Shown one piece after another: positions 1 to 10,425 of a DNA stretch of 64,000 bases. The notes under the pieces were generated by a model. It made no database searches. It worked only from the letters and a program-made list of their open reading frames with translations, and had not been told where the DNA came from. Each line of letters starts with the position of its first letter. Position 1 is the first letter of the stretch. The position numbers and the translations under genes are program-made. This DNA comes from an uncultured Chloroflexia bacterium (lineage in GTDB: Bacteria > Chloroflexota > Limnocylindria > Limnocylindrales > CSP1-4): the NCBI GenBank assembly GCA_963774695.1, contig CAVZFY010000003.1, positions 107,043 through 171,042 of the forward strand, written 5' to 3'.

Positions 1-98
1 CCGGCTGGCGAAACCGTGCCCGTCGACGCGGGCGTATCGACGGCAAGGGGTGCGAGGCGCACCATGTCGAGTGCCCAATCGAGCCTGGAGAACACACC

Positions 99-522
99 GT
101 GACCAGTCGCAGCCGCGTCGGCGTCCTCATCGCGACCGTCGCCCTCGTCCTCGCCGCCTGCTCGAGCAGCTCGGCCACCGCGGCGCCGGCGTCACAGGCC
201 CCGGCGTCGCAGGCACCCGCCGCCAGCGCCGCCGGCTCCCCCGCCGCTGCCGGTGCCTGCGCAACCTCCGCCGAGGGCAACGGGACCCCGGCCCAGATCA
301 TGAACTTCGCCTTCCCGACCGGCCTCAGCGTCACCGCCGGCCAGGCGATCGCGTGGACGAACGGCGACACCGCCAACCACACGGTCACCTTCGACGACGG
401 CTCGTGCAGCACGCCCGTCGACGCGGGCGCCACGGTCGTGGTGACCTACACCACGCCGGGGACGCACGCCTTCCACTGCTCGATCCACCCGAGCATGACG
501 GGGATCGATCGAGGTCAAGTAG
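99..522 (+). CDS. cupredoxin / type-1 blue copper protein with lipoprotein-type signal (1 frameshift in this assembly)
   Basis: N-terminal part of ORF 99-845. Signal plus lipobox (LVLAAC) and a type-1 Cu ligand pattern (HAFHCSIHPSM). Removing one G from the GGGG run at 500-503 gives a canonical ending MTGSIEVK* with TAG at 520-522. The rest of the ORF is antisense read-through of the next gene. Confidence 0.75.
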
Positions 523-541
523 GCCGCGTCGCCCGAGGGCG

Positions 542-1553
542 TCAGGCGCGCTGGGCGACGATCGCGCTGGCGCCCGACGGGAGGTCGATCAGCGAGGGCG
601 ACGGGACGCCCGCCGCCGCGAACCAGCCGAGCGCCTCGGACCGCGTCACGAGGCGCGTGCCCTGGATGAGCTCGTCCAGCTGCACGCCCGCGATCAGCTC
701 GGCGTGCCGGGTGCGCAGCTCGTCGGGGTCCGTCGGCAGGTACCAGTCGAGCGCGACGAGCCAGCCGCCCGGCCGGAGCGCCTGCCACGCGGACGCGATC
801 GCGACGGTGGGATACACCAGCTGGTGGAGCGCGTACTGGAAGTAGGCGAGCGTCATCTCGCCGGCGTGGCCGACGGACCCGATATCGCCGTGCTCGATCG
901 TGATCCGGCTCGGCCAGGCCGCTCTCCTCGACGTGCGCGCGGGCCCGGGCGACGGAATCCGCCTCGAACTCGACGCCGATCAGGCGCGTGCCCGGGAACC
1001 GCCTGGCCATCGCGATGAGCCACCGGCCGCCGCCGCAGTGCACGTCGACGATCCCGGCGCCGTCGCCGAGGTCCACGACGAGCTGCGGGAGGGCCGCGAG
1101 GACCTCCTGGAAGAACACCGCGACGTCCTGGACCGTCAGCCGCTCGATCGCCATCCGGTAGCGGTCGGGCCGCGTCGGCAGCACGGACCCCGTCCGCAGG
1201 ACGTCGGGCAGGACGTCGAAGTCGAGGCTGCCGATGGCGGCGTGGAGGAACTGGCCGCCCAGGTACTCGGGCCGGTCCGCGTCGAGCAGGACGGCCGCCA
1301 CCTCGTCGAACAGGACGATCCGGTCGCCGTCGAGCTCGACGAGGTCGTGGACGTCGGCGCCCCACGCCCAGCGCCGGACGAGCTCGGGCTGCGTGCCCGT
1401 GCGCTCCGCGAGCTCCGCCGCCGTGAGACCGCCCTCGCCCGCCCCGTGGAGCGCCTCGAGCAGGCCGAGCTCGAGGCCCACGTAGACGTACCACGTGCGG
1501 TAGAAGCCGCCGAGGCTGACCACCAGCTCGTCGAACGGGTCGTCGAGTCGCAT
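542..1553 (-). CDS. SAM-dependent methyltransferase with N-terminal winged-helix/dimerisation-like region (1 frameshift)
   Basis: Stitched from ORF 192-1664(-) (from the Met at 1553, MRLDDPF...) and ORF 542-856(-). Motif I-like VDVHCGGG. Frame break near 900-915. Length is 3n+1. Confidence 0.7.
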
Positions 1554-1629
1554 GGCCGGATTGTGACATGCTGCTTGCGGGCCTCCGGGGACGATTCGGG
1601 GACGGGATGCAACCGTCCCGGCGTCGCGC

Positions 1630-2220
1630 GTGTTCTGGGTGGTGATGGACGACGACGAGCTCACCGAATCGCTCGCGCGCGACCTCGACGCCTCGTTCGA
1701 GGCGCTCGTGCGGGCGCACGCGGACCGCTGCTACTCGATCGCGCTGCGCGTGCTCGGGAACCCCCACGACGCCGAGGAGGTGGCCCAGGACGCCCTGGTC
1801 CGCGCCTACCGAGCCATCGACGGCTACCACCCCGACCGGGTCCGCGCCCTCCGGCTGCGGCCGTGGCTGGCGACGATCGTCGTCAACCTGTGCCGCAACC
1901 GCACCCGCCGGCACGCGCCGGCCTCCGTGGCGCTGGACCCGCTCGTCGAGGTCGGGCTCGAACCCGCCGCCGCGACCGCGGACGAGCCCCCGAACGTCGC
2001 GGCCCGTGCCGCCGATCGCGAGCGCCTCGCGGCGCTGCTGGCGACGCTCCCCGACCGCTACCGCGTGCCGGTGGTGCTGCGCCACGTCGACGACCTGTCC
2101 TATGCCGAGCTGGCCGAGATCCTCGGCCGGCCCGAGGGCACGCTCAAGTCCCAGGTCTCCCGGGGCCTCGCGATGCTCCGTGCCGCCGCCGGAACCGAGC
2201 TCGAGGAGCTGACCGCATGA
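1630..2220 (+). CDS. ECF (group 4) RNA polymerase sigma factor
   Basis: ORF 1630-2220, intact. Region 2 (DAEEVAQDALVRAYRAI, RPWLATIVVNLCRNRTRR) and region 4 HTH (LSYAELAEILGRPEGTLKSQVSRGLAMLR). The true start may be the ATG at 1645. Confidence 0.85.
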   Translation: MFWVVMDDDELTESLARDLDASFEALVRAHADRCYSIALRVLGNPHDAEEVAQDALVRAYRAIDGYHPDRVRALRLRPWLATIVVNLCRNRTRRHAPASVALDPLVEVGLEPAAATADEPPNVAARAADRERLAALLATLPDRYRVPVVLRHVDDLSYAELAEILGRPEGTLKSQVSRGLAMLRAAAGTELEELTA

Positions 2221-3030
2221 ACCGCACCTACCTCCGATCCCTCGCCGACGACGCGCCCGGCGGCCTCGCGACGCTCAGGGTCCGGGCGCCCGCGTCCGTG
2301 GGCGAGGGCGCCCTCGTCGAGGTCGGCCTGGCCGACCGGATGGCGCCGATGGACTCGCCGCTCGGCACGCTGTGGGTCGCGTGGAACGGGCGCGGCGTGT
2401 CCGAGGTGGAGCTCGCGCGCCGACGGGGTCGAGGCCGCCGCCCGCCACGAGGCGCGCACCGGCCGGCCGACGTCGGTCGCCGACGCCCTGCCCGCGTCCC
2501 TGGCCGATGCCATCGCACGTCGCCTCGCCGGGGAGCGGCGGGTCCGGATCCCGCTCGACCTGCGTGGCCGCACCGAGTTCGAGGTCGCCGTCTGGACGAA
2601 GGCGCTCGAGATCCCGCGCGGCGAGGTCCGCCCGTACGGGTGGATCGCGGCCGAGATCGGCCGGCCGAAGGCGGTCCGGGCGGTCGGGACGGCGCTCGGC
2701 CACAACCCGGTGCCGCTGATCGTGCCCTGCCACCGCGTGGTGCGGACGGACGGGACGATCGGCCAGTACAGCCTCGGCGGTCCCGGCAACAAGCGGACGG
2801 TCCTGGCGGCCGAGGGACTCGATCCCGAGGCCATGGAGGCCGCGGCCCGGGGCGGCGAGCGGCTGTCCGGCTCGACGACGACGCACATCGTGTGCTGGCC
2901 CACGTGCCGCCACGCGCGCCGCGTCCAGGACCGCTACCGCGTGTCGTTCCGGTCGCTCCGCGAGGCGCGGTCGCGCGGCTACCGGCCGTGCAAGATCTGC
3001 CGCCCGGTGGCGGTCGACGCGGCGGCCTGA
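2217..3030 (+). CDS. methylated-DNA-protein-cysteine methyltransferase (Ogt/MGMT) fused to a C-terminal Ada-type zinc-finger-like domain (1 frameshift)
   Basis: The ATG at 2217 overlaps the sigma stop (ATGA). N-terminal part lies in the frame of ORF 900-4655 (MNRTYL...SPLGTLWVAWNGRGV). After a break near 2410-2425 it continues in the frame of ORF 2710-3030. Active site PCHRVV. C-terminal part has four Cys (CWPTC...YRPCKICRP). Confidence 0.8.
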
Positions 3031-3134
3031 CGCGCCTCCGAGCGCCGGCCCCGGCGACTTGGCCTAGCGGACTAGCGCAAGGCCGTCGGAGTCGCTACAC
3101 TCCGGCCAACCTCGCAGCCGGAGCCCACATCGCG

Positions 3135-4111
3135 ATGCGACCGTCCGCCAGCCCGATCGCCGTCTGGATCGGGCTCGTCGTCCTCTACTTCGTCTGGGGC
3201 TCGACGTACATCGGCATCAAGGTCGCCGTGGAGACGATCCCGGCGTTCGTGATGGGCTTCCTCCGCTTCGTCCCGGCCGGGATCCTGCTCGCGGGCACCG
3301 TCGCGCTCGTCAACCGCCGCACCATCCGGCGGCCGAACCGCCGCGAGGTCGTCGACGCCTCCATCGTCGGCACGTGCCTGCTGCTCGGCGGGATGGGCCT
3401 CGTCGCGTGGGGCGAGCAGACGATCCCCTCGGGCATCGCCGCGCTGCTGGTCGCGCTGATGCCGATGTGGCTCGCGATCTTCGGCCTGGCGTTCTTCGGC
3501 GAGCGGCTCCCGCGCGCCGGCGTCGTCGGCATCGCCGTCGGCCTGCTCGGCGTCGCGATCCTCGCCTGGCCAACCGCCGGCGTCGACGACCTCGACCCTG
3601 CCGGCCTCCTCGCCCTGCTCGTCTCGCCCGTCCTGTGGGCGCTCGGCTCGATCTACGCGGCGCGCCGGGCCGTGCTGCCCGCGCCCGCGCTGTTCGCGAC
3701 CGGCGCCGAGATGGTGGCGGGCGGGATCGCCCTGCTGATCGCCAGCGCGCTGACCGGCGAGCTCGGCTCGTTCGACGTCGCCGCGGTCTCGCCGCAGAGC
3801 TGGGCCGGCCTGCTGTACCTGCTCGTGGTCGGCAGCCTCGTCGGGTACACGACGTTCGCCTGGCTGCTGACGGTCGCGCCGCTGCCGCGGGTCGCCACGT
3901 ACGCCTACGTGAACCCGGTGGTCGCCGTCATCCTCGGGGCGATCATCCTGCAGGAGCCGCTGACGCCGCGCACGATCGTCGCGAGCGTCGTGATCATCGC
4001 GGCCGTCGTGCTGATCGTCACCGCGAGGGGCCGGGTCGCGCCGCGGGTCGCCGCGGTGACGCCGGAGCCCGCGGCCGAGCGCGAGCAGGCTCGGAGCCGG
4101 CCGCGGCCTGA
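3135..4111 (+). CDS. EamA/DMT-family transporter
   Basis: Frame of ORF 900-4655 from the ATG at 3135. About 10 hydrophobic helices and two EamA-like halves (YFVWGSTYIGIKVA..., LLYLLVVGSLVGYTTFAWLL). The 3' end is unresolved: the in-frame ORF runs on to 4655 over the next gene, and there is a TGA at 4109-4111 in the adjacent frame. Confidence 0.78.
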
Positions 4112-4124
4112 TCGGCCGCGCCGA

Positions 4125-6208
4125 TCAGCCGCGCGGCGCCTCGGCGAGCACCGTTCGTGCGACGCGGCGCGCCCAGACCATCGTCGTGATCATCGGGTTC
4201 ACGCCGAGCGCCGTCGGGAACAGCGAGGCGTCCCCGACGTAGAGCCCGCGGATCGTCGCGTCGCGGCCAGGCCGGGCGTCGGCCGTCCGGACCCGGCCCC
4301 ACGGATCGCACGGGTAGTCGTCGGCGGGCCGCGCCGGCGCGCGCGGAGCCCATCTGGTGGGCCGACGCGACCGTGCCCCGGTTGGGCCGGAAGTCGAACG
4401 TCCGCAGGCTCGCCTCGTAGGCCGCGAACGCGGCGGCGTCGTCGGCGCGCGCTCCAGCTCGCGGCGGCCTCGAACCACGCCGGCGGCGTCCCGACCGCGA
4501 GCATCCGCCGCGACCCGCCCTCCCAGGCGATGCGGGCGCACGTCGCGAGGCCCTCCTGGAGCGCCCGCCGATCCTCCGTTCGCGACCGTGTAGTCGATGC
4601 GCGGCCGGCCGGTCCGCGAGATGCCGGACGCGGCCCGATCCGCGGTCGGCGGTGATCGCCAGCAGCGGGGCGACGTGGCGGATGTCGCCCATCAGGCGGC
4701 CGAACGCGGCGCGCCCGACCCAGGGAACACGAGGCCGATCAACCCCGGCGTGCCGGGCGCCGACTCCACGATGAACCCGCCGCCGTCGGCGTCGGGGTCC
4801 GTCCGCGAGGTGCTCGATCGAGCGCGCCGCCTGCATCGTGCCGCGCCACATCGTCACGTCCTCGTCGAGGAAGGCGCCGAGGATCGACACCGGGTGGAGG
4901 CGCAGGTGGCGGCCCATCGCCGGGTGGTCGACGCCCGACCGGAGGAGGACGACGGGCGTGCGCAGCGTGCCCGCGGCGACGACGACCGACGCGGCGCGAA
5001 CGACGAGGCGGCGCAGGCCGGCCGTCCACGGTGACCGACGCCTCGACGCCGCTGGCCCGCCCGTCCTCGATCAGCACCCGTTCGACCGGCGCGTCGGGCA
5101 CGATCCGCGCCCCGTGGCGCCACGCCTCGGCGAGGTGCACGCGCAGGCCGGACTGCTTGGCGCCGCGCCGGCAGCCGAACCCGCAGCGGCCGCAGTCGCC
5201 GCAGTCGACCCCGTTGCGCCGCGTCTGCGCCGCCTCCAGCCCGAGGGCCGCGGCGCCGCGGAGGATCAGCTGCGTCCTTCGGCGGCACGTTCGGGGGCTC
5301 GCGCACGCCGAGCTCCCGCTCGATCGCCGCGATGTCGGCGTCGACCACGGGCCCGTCCATCCCCTCGACGCCGTGGTGGCGCGGCCCAGCGCCGCCGCAC
5401 GCGGTCGGGCGGCGCGATGCGACGTCGTCCAGTTCACGACCGTCCCGCCGCCGACGGCGCCGCCGACGAGCGTGAGGATCGAGGCGTCCCACGAGGCGTT
5501 GAGCGCCGTGGTTCAGGTACAGGCGGTCGAACGCGGCCAGCTCGTCGACCGGCATCTCGGGCTCGGGGACGAACGGCCCGGCCTCGAGCACGATGACGGA
5601 CCGGCCGGCGCGGGCCAGGTCCGCGGCGACGACGCCGCCACCGGCTCCCGATCCCACGACGACGACGTCGGCCTCGAGGACGATCGGGTCGTCGGGCGAC
5701 GTCGCGGCCGCGGCCGGGCGCAGGTCGAACGGGACGATCGGCGTCGGGATCGTCCGTCACGGGCTCGGGACGATGCTCGTAGCCGGTCGACGCGAGCCGC
5801 GGGTTCCCGCCGCCGGATCCCGGGTCGGCGTAGGCGATGAAGGTCAGCAGGCGCTTGAGGCCCTGGTACGCGGTCCGCCGCTGCGGGACGCGCGATCTCG
5901 CCCAGCCCGAGCAGGTACGCCTCGCGCGCCGGGAGGTCGAGCGAGCGGAACCGGACCGCGTGCCCCGTGAGCAGGAGGTTCGCGAGCCGCGAGTCGAACG
6001 CCCGCAGGACCAGGCGCAGCTGGAGCACCTGGTCGGGATCGGCGGCGAGGTTGAGGGCGTCGGCCGCGAGCCGTGCGCGGCGTGGGGCGTCGCCGGAGAC
6101 GAACGTGTCGGCGACCGCGGTCAGCGTGTCGATCTCGCCCGTCGACCAGCCCATCGGGTCGGGCGTGGGCGGGCCGACCGGGGGCAGCGACGACGCCTCG
6201 CGCGTCAT
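4125..6208 (-). CDS. GMC-family FAD oxidoreductase with ~170 aa N-terminal extension (at least 5 frame breaks)
   Basis: Stitched from ORFs 5513-8728(-) (tail, MTREASS... from 6208), 4854-5657(-), 4739-5437(-), 4018-4917(-) and 4125-4541(-). FAD motif [17 protein letters not shown]-terminus [25 protein letters not shown]. The start overlaps the upstream ACAD stop (TCAT at 6205-6208). Confidence 0.7.
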
Positions 6209-7417
6209 CCCGCGCTCGGGCGCTCGAACCCCTGCGCCGGCCACGGCTCGCAGCGCAGCGGCCGGTCCTCGCGGTAGCCCAGGGCGTAGTCGGCCTGGAT
6301 GAGCGTGTGCAGCTGGCTCGTGCCCTCGTAGATCACGGCGGCCTTGCTGTTGCGCAGGTAGCGCTCGACCGGGAACTCGTTGCTGTACCCGTTGGCGCCG
6401 TGGATCTGGATCGCGTCGAGCGCGGCCTGGACCGAGTGGTCGGTCGCGTGCCACTTGGCGAGCGAGGTCTCGCGCGTGTTGCGCACGCCCCGGTTCTTGA
6501 GCGCGCCCGCCTGGAACACGAGCAGCCGCCCGATCTCGGTGCCCTTGGCCATGTTGGCGATCATCTGCTTGACGAGCTGGTGGTGGCCGATCTCCTCGCC
6601 GAACGTCTCGCGCTCGTGGGCGTACCGGATCGACGCGTCGAGGCAGGCCTGCGCGAGGCCCACGGCGCCGGCGGCCACCGTGAACCGGCCCTGGTCGATG
6701 GCGCTCATCGCGATCAGGAAGCCCTCGCCCTCCTCGCCGATCCGGTGCTCGACCGGGACGCGGACGTCCTCCATGTCGATGAGCCCGGTGTTGCCGGCGC
6801 GGATCCCGAGCTTGCCGTGCAGCGTGCCGGTGGTCAGGCCGGGCATCCCGCGCTCGAGGACGAACGCCGTGATGCCCGCGGTGCTTCTTCTCGCGGTCGA
6901 CGCTCGCGAAGACCAGGAAGTGGTCGGCGAGGTCGGCGAGGCTGATCCAGATCTTGTGGCCGTTGAGGACGTACGAATCGCCGTCGCGGCGCGCGGTCGA
7001 GGCGAGGTTGCCGGCGTCGGTCCCGACGCCCGGCTCGGTCAGCGCGAACGTCGCCAGCTTCTCGCCCTTCGCCTGCGGGACGAGCCAGCGCTGTCGCTGC
7101 TCCTCGGTCCCCCACTGGAGCAGCGTGAGGCTGTTGAGCCCGACGTGGACGCTCTGGACGACGCGGTACGCGGTGTCGGCGCGCTCGAGCTCCTCGCACA
7201 GCAGCGCGAAGCTGATGTAGTCCATGCCCGCGCCGCCGTAGCGCTCCGGGATCGGCGCGCCCAGGAACCCGAGCTCGCCCATCTTCGCGAAGACCTCGGG
7301 GTGCGCCTCGCCCTGCTCGTCCCACTCGCGGATGTGCGGCAGGATCTCGGCCTCGACGAACGCGCGGGCGCTCTCGCGCACGAGGCGCTGCTCGTCGGTC
7401 AGGGTGAAGTCGATCAC
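6205..7417 (-). CDS. acyl-CoA dehydrogenase (1 frameshift)
   Basis: N-terminal part in ORF 5513-8728(-) from the GTG at 7417 ([18 protein letters not shown]...). C-terminal part is ORF 6205-6846(-) (...[19 protein letters not shown]). The break is an extra C in the CCC run at 6875-6877. Confidence 0.87.
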
Positions 7418-7501
7418 GGCGGGTGGCGGGCCTCGGCTGCGGGACGCGTGCCGCATCCTACCGCCCCGCGTCGGCCCGGCGCGCCTCCCTATACTCGGCC
7501 G

Positions 7502-8818
7502 GTGGACACCATCGACGACACGAACGCCGCCCCCGACCACGGCCTCGACCTCGCCGCGCTCGCGGCGCCGAACATGTCGCCGGTCATCGGCCGCTACATG
7601 GACCGCAGCTGGTCGCACGGCGTCGGCCACCGCCTCGTGGACACCGACGGCCGCGAGTACCTCGACTTCGCCAACGGCATCGCGGTCACGGCGCTCGGGC
7701 ACGCGCACCCGCGGGTCACGGCCGCGGTCCACGCCCAGGTCGACCGGATCATGGGCCCCGTCCACGCGATCGGGTTCTCGGAGCCGACGGTCAGGCTCGC
7801 GGCGATGCTCGCGGACACGTTCCCCGACCCGCTGGACTCGGTCCTGTTCCTCAACTCCGGCTCGGAGGCGATCGACGGCGCGCTGAAGCTCGCCCGGCGG
7901 GTCACCGGGCGGCCCGGGATCATCGCGTTCCGCGGGGCGTTCCACGGCCGCACGTTCGGCGCGACGAGCGTGACCACGTCGAGCATCAACTACCGGACCG
8001 GGTACGAGCCGCTGCTGCCCGGGGTCTACTTCGCGCCATTCCCGGCGGTCTACCCGGAGTTCGGTGGCGACGAGGCGGCCGCGACCGCGTCGAGCCTCGC
8101 CATCCTGGGCTCGCTCCTGAAGACGGTGATCGCCCCGTCGCAGGTCGCCGCGATCCTGATCGAGCCCGTCCAGGGCGAGGGCGGCTACTACCCCGCCCCG
8201 GTGGCCTTCCTGCAGGGCCTGCGCGCCCTGTGCGACGAGCACGGCATCCTGCTGATCGCCGACGAGGTCCAGTCGGGCTACGGCCGGACCGGCGAGATGT
8301 GGGCCTTCGAGCACGCCGGCATCGTCCCCGACGTCGTGTGCGTGGCGAAGGCCATCGCGAACGGCCTGCCGCTGTCGGCGATCGTGACGCGGACCGACCT
8401 CGCGCGGCGGTGGGGCCGCGGCGCCCACGGCACGACGTACGGCGGCAACCCGGTCGCCTGCGCGGCCGGCCTGGCGGTCCTCGAGACCATCCGCGACGAG
8501 GGCCTCGTGGAGAACGCCCGTGCACGGGGCGTGGAGCTGACCGGCGGCCTGCGGGAGCTGATGGCCGACCACCCGGGCATCGGCGACGTCCGCGGCCCGG
8601 GCCTGATGATCGGCGTCGAGTTCGTGAAGGACCGCGCGACCGGCGAGCCGGACGGCGCGACGGCCGAGGCGGTGACGGCGCGGGCGACCGAGGCGGGGCT
8701 GATCCTGCTGACCTGCGGCATCGACCACCAGGTGATCCGGTGGATCGCGCCGCTCGACGTCACGGTGCCGGAGGTCGAGGAGGCGCTCCGGATCTTCGAG
8801 GGCGCCCTCGCGGGCTAG
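7502..8818 (+). CDS. class-III (omega/GABA-type) PLP aminotransferase
   Basis: Frame of ORF 6380-8818 from the GTG at 7502, intact. LNSGSEAIDGALKLAR, IADEVQSGYGRTGEMWAFEH and the PLP-Lys region VVCVAKAIANGLPL. Confidence 0.86.
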   Translation: MDTIDDTNAAPDHGLDLAALAAPNMSPVIGRYMDRSWSHGVGHRLVDTDGREYLDFANGIAVTALGHAHPRVTAAVHAQVDRIMGPVHAIGFSEPTVRLAAMLADTFPDPLDSVLFLNSGSEAIDGALKLARRVTGRPGIIAFRGAFHGRTFGATSVTTSSINYRTGYEPLLPGVYFAPFPAVYPEFGGDEAAATASSLAILGSLLKTVIAPSQVAAILIEPVQGEGGYYPAPVAFLQGLRALCDEHGILLIADEVQSGYGRTGEMWAFEHAGIVPDVVCVAKAIANGLPLSAIVTRTDLARRWGRGAHGTTYGGNPVACAAGLAVLETIRDEGLVENARARGVELTGGLRELMADHPGIGDVRGPGLMIGVEFVKDRATGEPDGATAEAVTARATEAGLILLTCGIDHQVIRWIAPLDVTVPEVEEALRIFEGALAG

Positions 8819-8831
8819 GCGAGGCCCGGCG

Positions 8832-10205
8832 TCAGCGGACGCGCTTGAAGCTCAGGTAGACGTAGCGGTTCCGGCTCGCGGACTGCGTGTGCGCGGTCAC
8901 CGTGATCGTCTTCTTCGTCGTCGCCGTCGTGATCACCTGGGTGCTGGTCGCGCGCCCGTGGGCGTCCGTGATCGCGTGCGTGTGCACCCGGTGGCCGTTG
9001 TAGTTCCAGGTCCAGGTCACGAGCAGGTTGGGGACGGGGCGGCCCTTCGTGTCGTGCGCCACGGACGTGACCGTGACGACCTGGCCCGGGACGACGGTCT
9101 TGTCGCTGACGACGGTGCGGAACCCCTTGCCGCCCGAGCGCAACGGGGGCGTGATCGCCCACCACGCGTTCGCGGTCTTGACCTGGTCGCGGACGGTGGT
9201 CGTGGCGGTCACGATCATCGGGCGGAGGCGCGGCGAGGTCCCCACCGGGCCGATCCGCTTCTGCCGGCCGCTCGCATCGGTGTAGAGGTACTCGTGGCGC
9301 GTGCCGGTCGCCGTCGGCCAGGCCACGTCGACCTTGAGGCCCTCGATCGGCTTCCCGTTCACGTCCTTCGCGGTCACGAAGACGGCCTCGGCGGTCGAGC
9401 CCGGAGCGGACCCCGACCCACTTCACCGACAGCTTGAGCGACCCGACCTTCGGCGCGGCGCCCGTGCCCTGCGAGATCGCCCAGATCACGTCCGCGAGGT
9501 CGCCCGTGGCGCGTCGCAGGACCTTGCCGGTGATGTCGCTGACCTTGGCGTCGAGCCGCGACTGGTTCTTGATGAACTCCGCGTACAGCGGCGCGAAGTA
9601 CTTGCGCGAGTACGCGGCCGCGGCGATGGCCTTCGTGCGGATGTTGGCGAAGCCGTAGACCGTCCGGCGCGGGTTGGCCCAGCCGGGCGAGTCGCCGGGG
9701 TGACGGGTCTTCGCGTTGACCAGCAGCTCGTAGTGCAGGTGCGGGGTCTTGTGGCCGCTCGCCGCGTACGCGGTGTGGAACGGCTGGAGGATGTCGCCGT
9801 AGAAGTGCGACAGCAGGCCGATGTGGTAGCTCGCGTCCGAGTAGTCGCCTCGCGCGTAGGCGGCCTGGGCGAGGTCGAACTCGAGCGAGATCCGGTCGAT
9901 CGCGCCGCCGCGCCGGCCGACGCCGTTGTAGACGTGGTCGATGCCGCGCGACGGGTCGTTCTTGACCTCGATGGTGTCGGGATCGTCGCTGGCGAGGCGC
10001 GCGATGCTGGCGTCGAACCAGCCGTCGACGCGGCCGTTGAGCACCTTGACGGCCTGGTCGACGATCCAGTCGTGCGTCCCGTACCCGTCGCCGTCGCCGT
10101 TCGCCCAGGCCTTGACCGGCGCCGCGGGAACGCGAACGCGCCCGCCAGGACGGCGAGCGCGAGGAAGGCGCGAGCGAGGCTGCTCGGGAGGCGTCGAGGC
10201 CGCAT
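8832..10205 (-). CDS. secreted zinc-dependent phospholipase C-like protein with C-terminal Ig-like beta-sandwich region (2 frame breaks)
   Basis: Stitched from ORFs 9486-10205(-) (signal peptide MRPRRLPSSLARAFLALAVLAGAFA), 8815-10044(-) and 8832-9377(-). GTHDWIVDQAVKVL resembles the N-terminal Zn-binding helix of bacterial PLC. Also GLLSHFYGDILQPFH. Breaks near 10120 and at the CCCC run at 9411-9414. Confidence 0.6.
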
Positions 10206-10230
10206 CAGGAGATCGTCGATCGGCTGTCGG

Positions 10231-10425
10231 CTATCGATTGCGGGCCAGGAAGGCCATGACGTCGTCCAGGCGGAACCGACGGTCGCCCCGCTTGCACACG
10301 CGGTAGTACGGAAGCTCGCCTCGGTCGCCCAGGCGCTTCACGGTATTGACGTGGAGGTGGAGCATTTCGGCGACCTCGCTCGCGGTGAGCATGGGGCCGA
10401 GGTCGGTGATCGCCATTGACGCCAT
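10231..10425 (-). CDS. small excisionase-family / MerR-like HTH DNA-binding protein (BldC-like size)
   Basis: ORF 10231-10476(-), probable start at the Met at 10425. Motif LTASEVAEMLHLHVNTVKRLGDRGELPYYRV. Confidence 0.7.
   Translation of the reverse strand: MASMAITDLGPMLTASEVAEMLHLHVNTVKRLGDRGELPYYRVCKRGDRRFRLDDVMAFLARNR

Noticed and set aside
2217-2350. N-terminal ~43 aa of the Ogt-Ada fusion as a classical (ZAS-type) anti-sigma domain.
   Set aside because: There is no HxxxCxxC motif and the segment is too short for a four-helix anti-sigma domain. Any sigma-binding role is hypothesis only.
900-4655. 1251-aa ORF. Similar giants are 5513-8728(-), 6380-8818(+), 45594-48902(-), 53093-57814(+) and 16438-18579(-).
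   Set aside because: These are read-through artefacts of very high GC content with few stop codons. Each contains stretches of real genes joined to Arg/Pro/Gly-rich out-of-frame or antisense translation. I used them only as sources of in-frame segments.
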